64,000 bases of DNA from Catajapyx aquilonaris (taxonomy: Eukaryota). Made by a program: the position numbers and the translations under genes. Below the pieces are notes generated by a model. The model was given only the letters and a program-made list of their open reading frames with translations, made no database searches and was not told the origin of the DNA. Below are positions 12,775-26,169 of this stretch, one piece after another (positions within the stretch are counted from its first letter, which is position 1; each line of letters opens with the position of its first letter). The stretch is from contig KZ538392.1 of NCBI GenBank assembly GCA_000934665.2, positions 1 to 64,000 of the forward strand, given 5' to 3'.

Positions 12775-15700
12775 AACTTGCATTTAGCTTCTGAAATGCG
12801 CGTCTCTTGTTCCTCAAGTGAATGCGTCAATGTTCCAAGTTCGACCATGTTTCTGGTCCTTAGTTACAATCAACGTGCTATTTACTGCCGATGCTTTTTC
12901 CGGTTCAAACCTGAACGATACCTTAAGATGCCAATAAAAAAACAGCGTGCACAAGAAACGTAAATCAATGGCGCATTCAGACGCAATCAATAATCACCTA
13001 AACAACGTTGGCCACAGAAAAAAAAAGGTTTATGATGATACGGATCTGTTTAACAGCAGCACTTTGCTTGATGTAATAGCTAGTTTACGTTGCCATTACT
13101 CTAGGTCTATGGCCAATGCCGGACAGCTTTTCCGGCTCCTAATTGAGTTTTTCGCGACGAAAAAAAAGAAGCTTTATTTACGAGGGTCATTACTAATGTT
13201 TCCGACCTGGTTTGATTGCGGTCACTGAAATAAGGAGACAAAAAACCACTGATGGACTAAAGGTTCGATCATGAATAGTTGGTGGGTTTTCAATTAGTCG
13301 TGTGAATTTTGAGAGGTTTGTCCCATAGTAGAGCGGTACTTTTGTTCCTCCAATGGGGCAACGTCTCGGTGGAAGAGGATGGAACAAGTTTGAGGGTGAA
13401 AGCCTGGTACCTTTGCCATTGATTCGGAAGACGGATGAAGCCCAGCTCAAGTGGCACATGAAAAAGGGAATTTATTCGGCCTCCGTCACCCATTTCATCA
13501 GGCTCAAAGGGATCTTCATGCCCTGCTCTGCCACCACTTCCACAGACTTGTACACTTTTTTCACCTGCACTTCGGCGTAGAAATCGGCGGATGAAGTTCT
13601 CTCAGCTCGGCTTAATCAATCTTAACATCACAACTTGAGAAGCTCCAGCCCGCATTTCTAATCAGCCCTTTGCACGCTGCCTTTATACACGCCATTCACG
13701 ACGGAGATTTTCGGAGTTGTGCGCAATTAGACGGGGTTGTAGGTCAGCATTTCATTCGCCTGATGCGAACCCCCGGCGTTTTCAACGGGGCTGTAAAAAT
13801 GGCCGTAAAATATGACTAATCTGCACCAGTCAGATATCTTGTCGCTACTGCTTTAGGATCTTGATATCAAGGAGCGCTTCTGATGCGAGGAATTCCCAAG
13901 CTATCACAATGTCGTCGCTCCACTTTTTCAGAAATCTAATATCAGCAGGTACACAATAGGATGAAAAAGGCAGCCGATAGGCTGGGCAATAGAGGATTCC
14001 GATATCACAATGCCACAGAGAGGTTGGTAGAATGGTCTGATGTCAGGAACTATACAGTTGTATACCGCCTCTGATCTCCCAACTATAGAGCGCAAGTTTC
14101 TGCCCATGCATGATGCAACTAATGTAAGCAAACAACCTGAGAAAGCTGAAGGCGGAGGGCACTTCCCAAGTTATGAAATAATATCTGTGGCTACTCAAAT
14201 GCCGCATAAAGTAAATGGGAAGATGGTTTAGTCAACAATCATTGAGTACACACACCAGTTTCCTTGTAAAGCCCACTCACCCTGTACTCAGCAGCAGATC
14301 CCCGACTATATCCGAACCAAACTCAAACACAAAAGGAGGGTAATAACCTGTCACTGTAACTCTTCTTTGGATATACGCACCATATTGCAGACATCGTGTA
14401 TGCGGAACAGATGGTAAAGGAATAAAAAGGAGGTAGTCTATAGCAGCGTTCCTTTATGGCAGGGCGGGAAAGGCGTGAGGTAATTGCCTAGTACTGCCAA
14501 TAGAGCATATAGGCACAGGTGAGAAAAGTGCTGCCAGAGTGAATTTGGCATGTGGGCCATTCCGGAATGCCAATGAATGCTTCAAATGGCTAGATATGCG
14601 CGTCTTTTAGGGCAGGAAAAGGGTGAAAAAAGTGAGAGTGAGAAGGGCAACCAAGTCTGCAATATCCCAGCAAGGACTTCCTCCACTGAATGAAAATGGG
14701 ACGACCTCAAGGGACATGTCCCCTCTCCTCCTCTCCCTCTCCTCCAACCATGTATTTCTCCCCTCCTCTTCTACCCAGCCACCTCAGATCCAATAATTCG
14801 CAATTCTTCCGGGGGACGGACCAAAGAAACTTTCGAGGCAAAGCAAGCTCGGCTTGGACACCACGGCAAGAACTGTGCCGGATTATTGGGATGCAGGCCT
14901 ATTGGACTTCTGGGAGAGGGGAGGGGGAGGGGGAACGTGACCCCCACACGGGAATTCTACACTTGCAGAGCCACGTAGAGCCTTCTCTCCATTTTTAGTG
15001 CAATGAATTCTAATCCCGGATCAGTCAACATGATCTCGCTAACTAACCCGGGATACCGAAAAAGTAATCATTCGTGAGATAATTGTGCTTAGGACTAATT
15101 AAATGAAACATGCATGAGCCATCTAACACCTGAATATAAAATGACCATCTAATAACATGAATTCGTCATGGAAATTGACCGAGTTAAGAAACACCATGTA
15201 GTTCGTGCACAGGTGCCCAGTCTAAAAGCTTCCGAGGTTAGACCAAATTTTCCTTGCTGGCAACTATAGGTGCCTCGTATAATACCGCATGCATTCTATT
15301 ATTGCATTCCTCTAGATAGTTTCCAAGCGGTTCCTAACAGTGCCCATGTTGTATGTAACGTACGGGCTATTTCGCTCTAGGTCTGAATGGTTAAATAAGA
15401 TATACTGTACCGTACAGGAGTGCTCTAGCAACACCACCAACTGACGACAAAAAATTTGCGGTTTCCTAACGTTAAAATGTTAATCCGTAAGGACACACGT
15501 ATAATTGCTCACACCGTACCTCTGGTGGCATGCCAAAGGGCTCGTGGTTGTGTTTTCACAAAAAAAGTTAAAAAAAAGAAAGGGGTAGGTCCCTATAGAG
15601 AGATTTTTATCCTCACCCGAATTTTGAAAGGTGCGCCATATCGCAAAGTGCGGTTCTGTGTTTTTTTCTGCAAGGGAAAAGATGAATGGTAGTGGCCATT

Positions 15701-16145
15701 CATTAACGGCAAACTTGACCACGTCGCGATAGGGTTTTATGGCAAATGACTGAAAGTGGGCTGGATATTTATCCTGTTTCGCGGGGATTTTTTTTTTCTT
15801 TCTTCTTTTAAGAGAAACTTTTTTGGTAGGCCAAGCGGGCACTTTGATTTGGGGAAAATGTCGTCCCGCATCCTTGATGGAATTGCGTGCCATCTCCATG
15901 CGGGGATCCCCCCTCATGTTTCCCCTATTCCCAAATCGAATCCTGGCTCCCGTTTGAGGGAATATGCTCTGCGACGGCAGAGACGCGACTCACATCTGGA
16001 TGTGATAGCTTCCGGACTCTTTCACCCCTTTTACATACTTGGTTACTGCCTGGCGGATGACACCGTCTCATTAAACTAGCTAGCTTCTTTACCTCCTTCC
16101 AGATTTTTGTGTGTGAATGAAATGAGGCAATCCGTAGAGCTTGAC

Positions 16146-16168
16146 TACTAGCGACGCTCTGGCGGCCA
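16146..16168 (+). repeat. 23-bp dispersed motif, copy 2
   Basis: tactagcgacgctctggcggcca, 22/23 identical to 12752-12774. Confidence 0.75.
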
Positions 16169-18346
16169 CGTTTGTAACCCTGCGCACGGTGGGAGGTCAA
16201 GTACAGGCGATGTTCCCGAAGAATGCGACTCATTTTCCTGACAACGCAGTTGGTGGGCTAGGAAAGGCTCAGCCTCGAACATGGCTGGAAAAGGTGGCGT
16301 GAAATGCCCTGCGTATGAAAATGAAGGTGGCGAAGAGGCTTTCCCCCCCAAGTGGAGAAGAGCCAAGAGGATGACAGGGGGACTGCAACTTGAACCTCTT
16401 TCACAGCTGCAACTTCAGGTCATTTGCGCCACAGAAGTAAGCCTTTTCAATGGCGCCATAACCCTAACAAAACACGACCCAACTCATCACGACAAAGGAC
16501 ACTTTGCAAATCTCCTGCGTAACGTCCAAACGGAACCATGACATGTTGATGGCAAATTGTTTCGATTCCATTAGCCTGATGGCAGGACTTGTCTTATGCC
16601 CTCGGACATCACAACTCCTTTGTGAAAACGAGCGGAGGGAGCTGTTCCTCCTAAAAGACTTCCCTGTGATCAACTGCTGAGATGAAATTGACCGGGACGT
16701 TGATTTCTCCATTTTGCTTGGTTTAATATAAGAGTGGTGTGATTGTAGAAGTGTCAAAAGTTGGAGATATTTCAACTCCAGTAGCCTCCGTTCAGAATAT
16801 ATACTTGATAATCCGGCACGTAATTTCGGGAGGGAAGCCAAGTTTATGAGACAGCTCACTCTCCTCAGGAAAGGAAAGGAAAGAGAAAAGGACTAGAGGA
16901 ACGGAGCAGACAATTTCTGTGTGAATCTCATTGGACAATCCTGCCAGTTTTACTACGCCGATCCCACCGTTATAGACACCCCCACGACGTGGTCAATTTT
17001 AGCACAGTGTAAAGCCGGCGTTTACCTGCCTCTCTTTACGGTTGGGGAACCTCGAGCTCTCCGGGCCATTAGTCAAGGTTTTACTGGTTGGATCCATCCC
17101 ACCAAACCTCTTCGGGATCGTCTCAATCCAAAGTCTCTCTCACACACTGTTATATGGGCACGTATCTCATCCTTTTGGCCATTTAGAATTCCTCTTTACT
17201 GACAATAATATTTTAACCGTGTATCCTTCGTATACGCAAAAGTACGGCTTCGGGAATCTCTATGGCTAAAAGGGGGAAAATGAAAAAGGAGAGCCATGAA
17301 TGCACGTTGTTCCCATAGACTCAGCTGTCCTTGTTCCGACGGTATCACACTAATACGGATGCACCCCATGGGGAGTGGTCTCTTTGATGTCAGTGTGACT
17401 CGTGGTCGGGGGTCTCACGCTACGGAGAGTTTCCCACCGATTAGAAGAGAGCTCAAGCTGCAGTATAGTTCTATCCTCGGGTATACGATAACCTGTGCGT
17501 ACAGAGCTAGGCCAACGAAATCTCATCCTTGTCACCATGGAGGCACGGATGTCGGTTCGGGCAGATTTCCGATTTGTGTCTGAATGAGTTAAGCTGCCAT
17601 GGAAACGCCACCCACCACCGGTACCGCATTCATTGGACTTCCTTTTGTAGAGCTCGTTATCCATCTGGAATAACTCAGGTACAATTTTAATATAGGCACT
17701 ATTTCGCCGTATTTTCAAATTAAAAATCCTAACCATTGTCATTCATTTACTCCATAATTTTTGTACCTTGCACATTCTACCTAGAGATAGACACATGTGT
17801 GTGATTAGAAGAAATGTGCAGTACATAAATTAGTTTCTCAACTCAATTTCTGAACCACAGACTGCAGGCGGCTGTAAAATTACTGTCTCAAAATTGTGGG
17901 CTACAAGCTATTCTCAGAATGTAGGAGAAAAAATCAAAGCAGAACAACCGAGTAACATCATTACTGCGCTCTGGCGACTCCTATGAAAGAACACTGCACA
18001 ATTCTACACTAGAATCAACCTGTCTTACTCTGAAACTGCTTAAAATTCAAGTCGCCTCTTCCTGTCTAGTGCAGAAGCGGTGTAAAGCTCTCTGTAATTG
18101 GGACAAATAAATTGTTGTTCCTACCCCTTGAGACAGCATATTTCACATTCCAGAGAAAAAGCTTTCCCCTTCGTATTTTAATTTTCTAATTACGTCTTGC
18201 TTCAGTCTTTCTTTTGACATTGCACAGATACCCAGTAGAATATCTCAGGCGAGGATGGAAAATGGGTTAGGCTCTTAATGACAGGAGTCATTTTATAAAA
18301 TTAGTTAGGGCCATTCATTTAGCCTGTAATTACAACTTCGTTCTAG

Positions 18347-18804
18347 TACTATAATATTTGGTACCAATTTGGTACCTCGCTCAACCTTCATTAGTAGTCT
18401 ACACAATGGGAAGCATTTTTTCCAATCATGGATCGATGCAGTGTCATCTTGATCGATATCAATTTGGCATATAGTACTGTCGTCGATTTGCATTTCAGTA
18501 ATAAATCGAAGACGCCATTGGCAATAAGAAGTTACCGTAATTAGGCATCATTCCAACAAATCAAATCAATTTTTTAAAAGACGTCTACAGGAAATATTTC
18601 AAACCCATCAGCAAGAAGCAATCGTTATTATTCGAGAAGACGTATGGACTCCTGAGAGCAATATTCGTGGAACTGGAAGGAGGGAAGATATGTTGCGGTA
18701 GGTAAGAGAAAACATTATGTAAATTCGTATTCTGGTGCCTCTTACTAATGAGGATAAATATTTTAAGTGTCCACACCCCCAATTGGTACCAAGTCACTAT
18801 AGTA
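18347..18804. mobile_element. Possible old TIR element
   Basis: Left tactataatatttggtaccaatt versus reverse complement of right tactatagtgacttggtaccaatt. The interior is AT-rich with no convincing ORF. Confidence 0.4.
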
Positions 18805-19632
18805 ATTTAAGCTTTTACACACCAGATAAACAGCACAACCACGTATGATACCTAGGACCATCCATCACATATGCAACCCCCGCATAATATCCCCGATAAC
18901 AACGTAATTACTGCCAATTATCTCATTGCTTCATCCTCACGATCGGTTATTACGCACTAAGATTTGTCGCACGCTCTACCGCTTCCTATACAACGTTAGC
19001 CTATAGCGTGGAGGTTTATTTCAGTAGTTAGTTGCCGAGCTGCAAGGAATGTTCCAATCAGTAGAGGTAGTTAACAAGTGCCGTGAGCGAGGACATGGCC
19101 ACAAAGATCGACTGCACTTGCGACGTTTCTGAGAGCCAACAACTGAATCGGGACGAGGCTTGGCATCCACGCTTTGTCTCCTGCACTTACGCCCCTGTAG
19201 TTATCACAACAATATAACGGACTGTGCGGATACGGGTCTCGACATCCCTTTAGCGTGTGTGCGACCTGCAGCGCGGCCTTTAAAATGCCAAGATGGCATC
19301 GTAAAATGGGGGAGGGAGAGATCTGGCTTCCGCATATAAGACCCCGCTGGAGATGGAGTCCGCGATAAAGTACGATCCGGCGCCACGCACTCTTGACATG
19401 CGAGCCTCCGTATAGCCATATCGCAAAAATGGGGCCGGTATTGCTACAAACGGCCACTTGGGTCCAGAGTACTCCTCCGTCGAGACTCACCTTTTTATTT
19501 TTTATTTTTTCAAAAACCTGGATTATATTTTTTTGAATACAGGTGGATGCCATGAACTCATCATATGTAGAGATGAGTGTCAGACAACATTTCCAACACT
19601 GCTTTCGGGATGGTAAATTGGACGCCATTCAC

Positions 19633-19742
19633 TGTTACCTGACAGGTAACTGAGGCACCCCTGCTGGTCACATGATCCTAATCGAGCAATCCTAGTGGTT
19701 GCCGTGGATCATGCGACTGCAGCAGTTACCTGTCAAATAACA
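19633..19742. repeat. Small fold-back element with self-palindromic ends
   Basis: tgttacctgacaggtaactg pairs with cagttacctgtcaaataaca (18/20). Inner pair gtcacatgatcc / ggatcatgcgac (11/12). Confidence 0.6.
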
Positions 19743-19874
19743 TGCTGGGTGCACACGGGCATGTTTGGGCCGGTTGTTGGCCCGAGCGACAAAGACTAGC
19801 CCAATGAACTTAGTCTATATACACCCCAAAATAATTCAACTTTTAACCTTTACATCTATCCACTTCCACCAATA

Positions 19875-20316
19875 AGGGTGAAGGGAAACTCGCGGACAAT
19901 CGCCAGGTAAACTTATAGTACTCGCAAAACTAATATAGGGATGTGGATTAGTTTTTGGCTCCGGTGAGTATAGTTAATGCGTACGGTGCCCTTAAAGTGT
20001 AGAGGGCTGGATGGTGGAATATGAGGCAAAAACGACAAAGTGCGTGGGTGTCGTACTCGGATTATTACTCTGACGGGATTTGATGGCCTTTTGCACATGG
20101 ACGATGTGTTAGGGGACCAAGGCAAGGGGCAGGAGGCCCTCGAACTGACTTTTGCTTCCTTGAAGCTGCCGGAACCGATGTGACGTCACGAAACTTTGAC
20201 GGCGCCGTAATCATTAACTACGCAACAGAGCCAAAAACTAATTGCACATCCCTATATTAGTTTTACGAGTACTATCAGTCTACCTGGCGATTGTCCGCGA
20301 GTTTCCCTTCACCCTG
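19875..20316. mobile_element. CAGGGTG-type MITE, TA-flanked, ~120-bp TIRs
   Basis: agggtgaagggaaactcgcggacaatcgccaggta matches the right end perfectly for 35 nt, then continues with scattered mismatches. TA lies at 19873-74 and 20317-18; the terminal C is lost on the left. Confidence 0.9.
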
Positions 20317-22824
20317 TATATATGAGGCCCCTTTAGGAGTCACCTAGAATATGAGATGCATCTCATCCCAAACTCCTGGAGCTGCATATTTTTGCAGATA
20401 TCTGCATTTTATCCAGCCAGATCCACTAAAAAATAGACGGCAAATTCCTCCTCATCTCTTAATCCAAGCTGCTCCCAAATCCGCTTTTTCATAATGGGAA
20501 GTCCGCCCTTCTGATGCCATTAAAGCCCAACTCTCTCTCCGCAGCTATCCTGATCCACAATTATACAAGTCTTCAGGGAAGTTTCAGATTCCAGAAGTTG
20601 ATGACAGAGCCTCAAATGTAAATCACAAGCAAGTCCCCCAAGTGACGGTTCGCCATTAGCATGTAGTGAGCCCTCATTTGTGACCGTAAGAAGCGGAGGG
20701 AAAGTGATAAATTCTGGCCGGCACTCGTTGGGTTTGGAGAAAAACCAGGCGTGGCAAGCCTTATTTCTCGGCTGCTGTCATCATGAGATGGGGAGGGTTT
20801 TGCTGGGGAAAAGGAAAAGGGAGGCCTCTAAGTGAGCTGGTTACAACCAAGAGATGGAGGCAGCAGTTATGTTGGTGGGGGATCAGGCGGCCGGCTTCCA
20901 TTCACTAAGTCAGCCGCCGCCTTTATTGCTCCTCCCCAATGCTTCTTTACGGGCCAATCTCCCCACTTATAATTGCGCCTAATTACGCTAGCCTGATTGC
21001 TGCTGCCGTTGCTACTCAACACGCTGAGCACTACCGACGCCTTGCCTGCTCCAGCAGGATCACTTCCGTTGCATTCGCGTGTTCAGAATGGCCAAGATGC
21101 TGCACACCGGAGAGAAGAATAGGCTCAAAATTTTGGTGGTATCTAACAAACCATTCAATAGTGCCATAGAACATATGACATGCTTTGTTTATGACGTGAC
21201 TAATTATTCCCGTTGTAAAGACAAGTTAAACATGATATGCAGGATGCCCATTATTACTGCACTATTGCTTTTGACGTGTGAATAACACGCTAGCGCCATG
21301 TTAGCTCCACAATTATTGGCCAGACAGCGGGATTCATATACTCGAAAATTTCCATCAGAGCTAAAACCTCTCTTTTCTCCCCCGGTCGGATGAGTGCAGG
21401 GTCCCCTAAATAACTAATAAGCTAAGCATCCAAGGAAATTTCTCCTGCATATCAGAGTCAACCCGCCCCCTCATCACTTTCTGGCTGGCGCCAATCGTCG
21501 GCAATTACGCAGACCTTTCACAACCTGATGCATTCCCCGGGGCAATACTGCCATTGCCATGTGACAAATTCATTTCCGCTGAGCAAACTCCGGCGGCAGG
21601 AAAGTTATCCCACCTGCCAGCCTGTGACACAAATTTGATCATTTCGACTGCACGTCCCAGGGCTGCCTGCCTTGGCCCGACTTTCATCCACCCCACCCAC
21701 CACCCCAACTATACACCACTAGCAACCACTATACCAGCCACCCTCATCCCCATGACGTTTTCGGGTTATGCTTTTTCGACTTTTGCTTGCAGCGCACCCA
21801 TTTTTATCCATTGAACCTTTGACTGTGGACGATGCAATGTCGCCGGAATATTCATTTATCGCGCACTGTTGAGCCGCAATGAAAATTTCACGGCTGGTTA
21901 GGCCTATGTGAACAAAGCTGGCTCCGCCCCAGGGTTCCATACGTGCGGGATATTTTTCCATCGCCCAAATAATCCATTCATCGGTAGGCTATCAGGCCCA
22001 AGACTCCACGAATTACACGGAGACAAATATTAATTATAGTGGTGTCATATGCCCTTTTTACAGCGTCTTATAGTCATGCTACTGTCAACAGCTACTATAG
22101 TCCGTTTCTGACGATATAAACCAGACGCTTAAAACAATAGCCGGAAATTTCCCCTGGTAGCCCAACAAATTGGTGCATGCGTTCAGGTAATTATGGCGGA
22201 ACCTAGACGACTTACGCATGCCGCACTTTACACACCTTGCGGCCTTTTACGACCTAATATTCCATAAGCTTCCATTGTCAGAAGTTTGCCTGTAGGTTAG
22301 AAATCATCAGTGCAAAATCCACACACAAACAGTTGGCTTCACCCCCCATTTAAACAGCTAAATCAGTTTACTTTGTTTCTGCCTTCAGACCCAACTCAAA
22401 CTTTCTACTAGGCAGCAGCAAAATTTCACACTGCTTTTGTTAGCAATTTTCTAATAAATCCTCGCTCAAGATGGATGAAAACTTTTCTGCCCACCAGGAG
22501 AAACTTCTCGGCCACTAATAATGAAAACGAACATTGGTTCAAATGCTCTAAATCTCCAGCTTACAGGAACTCGACATTATTAGTCCATGAAATGGTAAAA
22601 TCTAGGCAGAATTTACGACCCAAAGCATCCAACCTGTCTCTTTATTGTGACGGCCGAAACATTTGAGGTCGCTTGAGTTTGTGGGCGGATAGAAAGAAAA
22701 GAAGAAAGAGAAAAAGAAGAAAAAAAATACCTTTTGCAGCCGAACTTTCAGCTCAAAATTCGATTTAGCGCCATTCGGCGCAGTTGCGAAACTCTATAGG
22801 AAACAAATGGGTTATCGCTATATA

Positions 22825-22937
22825 CCGACTGATCCTCCTCGCCTATATCGTCTAAACCACATCGGTGGTATAGTTTCAGATTATGAATCCGGTTAAGTGA
22901 AAAGAATCGCGTTTTCGACATTAATCTTGTCAGTCGG
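22825..22937. mobile_element. Possible tiny TA-flanked MITE
   Basis: tataccgactga (22821-22832) and tcagtcggtata (22930-22941) form a perfect 12-nt inverted pair including the flanking TA, with weak inner symmetry. Confidence 0.4.
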
Positions 22938-25900
22938 TATACTGGGAGTCAAAATGAAACAGTTTTTTTCTTCTTCCAGGTATTACAGTGATACATAGTC
23001 CATCCTAATCACCTACAATTGGCACGTCACGGTCTCGGGATGTGGTATTCACAGTGTCAATTACTACTCGTTACCATAACATGGTAGGTTACTCATGACA
23101 TTACCAGCCCAGTGGTTTGCGCTACGGGTATCATCAGTCTTCTTCGCATACAGTATATGTAATATGGATCTGGGCCGTTGCTTTCATAGCGGACTACAGG
23201 GACTGTCACTTGACAGGCAATAGGTGATTAGAGCTTACCATTACATCGACTCATATAATGGATGGCATCAAATTATAAGGTGCTTTTCAATAGGTGGGTA
23301 GACCTATAAATTTTTTAAAATTCCGCACGATTATATAGCCTACCCTGCCAATTCTTCCAAACCACTCAATAAAAGCCAATAAGGTTCCGCCACAGCTACA
23401 AAATCCGTAGAAAACCAAACCGGGTGGCAAGTTCTGGACCACCCTGTACACCTCCATCAGTCCAGCCTCGATAAATGAACAGTTTATTTGAAATATCGGT
23501 GAGCCTGAGCACCTGCCGACGCCCGGGCATTTCAATGAGGTAGATTCGATTAACGTGCATGGGAGCGGGTTGGGCAAAGGGATATAGTGGGGGCCGAGGC
23601 CGGGGAGGCAGCAGAGGCAGCAGGGCCGGGGAGGACGGGGGAGAGGTGGGAGGTGGGAGGACGGGGGGGAAAGAGATTATTCAAAAGAGCCGCGATTTTC
23701 TGGGAATATTTCGCCCGCGCTTGGAGGCGAAACAGCCGTTTTCCAGAGCATATATTTGAATAAATTGTGCCGAGTTTTCTCCCAGATTGGTCCATTGTAA
23801 ATTTAAATGCGCCTGCTGCCTGATTGATGACGACCATGATACGACGGAACTCGGCCGGCAGATTCCTACCTATCTACCTTACCTGTCCCACAAGAAAGTC
23901 GCCTTGCCCTCAAGGGACAGGAGAGGAGACCCCATCCGAGCGGTAATCAAAGCGTGCTCAATATGGTGCAGTAATACGCGCTGCAGAGTCCCAGACACTA
24001 ATCCTTGCAGTCAAGCTGTGAGGCTGCAGGCTAATGAGACTATTAGTGCATAAATTGAATAATGTCATGCAGCGGCAGCAAGCAGGGCACCTTGGCGCCT
24101 CCCGCCACTGCACACAAGTCCGCTCGCACTTTTGCCTCTCGGTGCTGGGGAGAGGCTGGGGGAGGTGGGAGGTAATGGAAGGTGGGAGGGAGGGAGGGCT
24201 TCTCGCATTTGCATAACGCGATAAACCGCAAGGCCCCCCCAGGCCAACTAGCCAATTATGCCGCATCGGCCCCAACTTTTCACCTGCTATATAGCATTGG
24301 GGGATTGGGGGGAGGGAGCATTCCTCCATAGCCCACCTTCATTTTCCGATATGCTGACCAGTATGCGCGACACTTGCTGATATTTATCCCTAAACGATGC
24401 TATGTTGTATGTGTTATGACGACCGGTGAATGGCAGTGGGGTCATTCCTGTCGGGTGATAGCATCGGCAATCCAAATTGCGAAGGGATTGCGCAGCGTGG
24501 GGCGTGGTGCCATCCATAATCGGTATATGCAAGCCTTATGGGTTGGGCAGGAGGCAAGTTACGTGTTTATTCCTACTGCCGCTGTTAGTGACGCTGGAAG
24601 TGCGACACACCCTTGCCCAAATAATCGGTTCATCACCATATCAAATACGGCTAATAATACGCTTACCATTAGTGCCGTTCAATTAATGGAACAAAAAAAA
24701 AATGAGGCGTGTCTCCCGGGGGGGGGTGAGTTTGGGTCAGGTCAGGTCAAGTGCTGTAGGGGGATGCCTGCCGTAGCACAGACGGGGAAAAGCGGGGTGG
24801 TGGCAGGCAAGTTGGGCGTTGACATAGGTGACAGTTGGACGGCGGAGGCCTTGATTCAGCGGCGGAATCTGCATAAGTAAGGCGGGCGTGGAAATCCTAT
24901 GCCAAGGCAGGCAGCCTTTAATAAAAGGCGAAAGCGCCGGCGGGGAGAAAAGAGAAAGAGACGACAGCAGAGGCAATAGCGTGTAACTCGATAACACTAT
25001 TCATCAAGCGCGTCTGAAAATAGGGCAGGCAATGAAAGCGCGGCGAGAGCGAGGTTTGTCGCGGAGCACCAACCAGATTATTACTCCAGTTGCAACGTTT
25101 TCTCTCGTAAAAATATAAAATTGGCCAATCCCCTCCTCCCACCCCCTCGGCGTCTGTCGTAAAAATCGGACTTCTTTTCTTGGTTATTATTCTGCATAGA
25201 TTGGTGGGGGAGCCATCTTTTTGCATGGGAACCGAGCTCGTCGGAATCAATTTATTAGTGGCGAAGGCTGCGGAATTTGCTTCATTTGTGAGCCCCGGAA
25301 AATATCCGCAGCATGGTATAGGGGGTGGTCCGGATGGGACCATGGGATGAGTCTCCAGATGGCCCGCTTCATTCATTCTCCCCCGGAATCTCGCATCAAG
25401 TTCATGTCACAATTTTCGGGCCTGCGCTTGGTCCGTTGTTGTTGTTCCACCTATACAGATTCGCCAATCCGGAGTTTTACGATGCCCATATCCGGTTCTA
25501 TGGGGCATATATTTGGGCTAACCCTAATAACCTCGTACGTTCCTTAGTCGACTTTTAGTGCGGGGTTAACGTCGATGCAACTGCAGTTCAATAAACCTTC
25601 GCCCGTTGCGGAATAAATCGGCAACAATCCAGTCGCCAGGACATCATTATGCGGCCTAGAAAAAGGAATCTTCCCGCTCACGTGACATTAAGCGCCAGGG
25701 GTCGATATACACCACAAGGCTTCCGCAATTTTAAGTCCAGATTAAAGCGTCAGGTGGCAAGCGGTCAGGTAACAAGAGCTTATTACAACGAAACTCTAGA
25801 ACAACCAAAAGGGAGCACTTACTCGACTAAATGTGGATTACTGTCGCTTAGTAAAGACGTCAGTATCACTTAGCTACGATTGCCTTGCGTCATGGGAGCA

Positions 25901-25959
25901 ATCATTGCTTATTAGCGTGTTACGGTACCAGCAGAGCAGTAGCTTTTACTTGGAGTATA

Positions 25960-26169
25960 CAGGGTGTTCCAGATTCGTGGGTCACTTTTTGGTAACTGAT
26001 ATCGCCCGATAGCAGTTATTTTTGTAGCTTCTTGTGCAACTAACCATGTGCCCCATTCTATAAAATGCTATAACATGGAGCACATGGTTAGGGGCACAAG
26101 CTACAAAAAATAACTGCTATCGGGCGATATCAGTTACCAAAAAGTGACCCACGAATCTGGAACACCCTG
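25960..26169. mobile_element. Young CAGGGTG-type MITE, TA-flanked, almost fully palindromic (210 bp)
   Basis: cagggtgttccagattcgtgggtcactttttggtaactgatatcgcccgatagcagttattttt matches the right end perfectly for about 64 nt, and pairing continues to a short loop. TA at 25958-59 and 26170-71. Confidence 0.95.

Noticed and set aside
13471..13613. Minus-strand codon-like stretch (...FYAEVQVKKVYKSVEVVAEQGMKIPLSLMKWVTEAE*)
   Set aside because: No convincing acceptor or start, and no similarity to syntrophin or any family I recognise.
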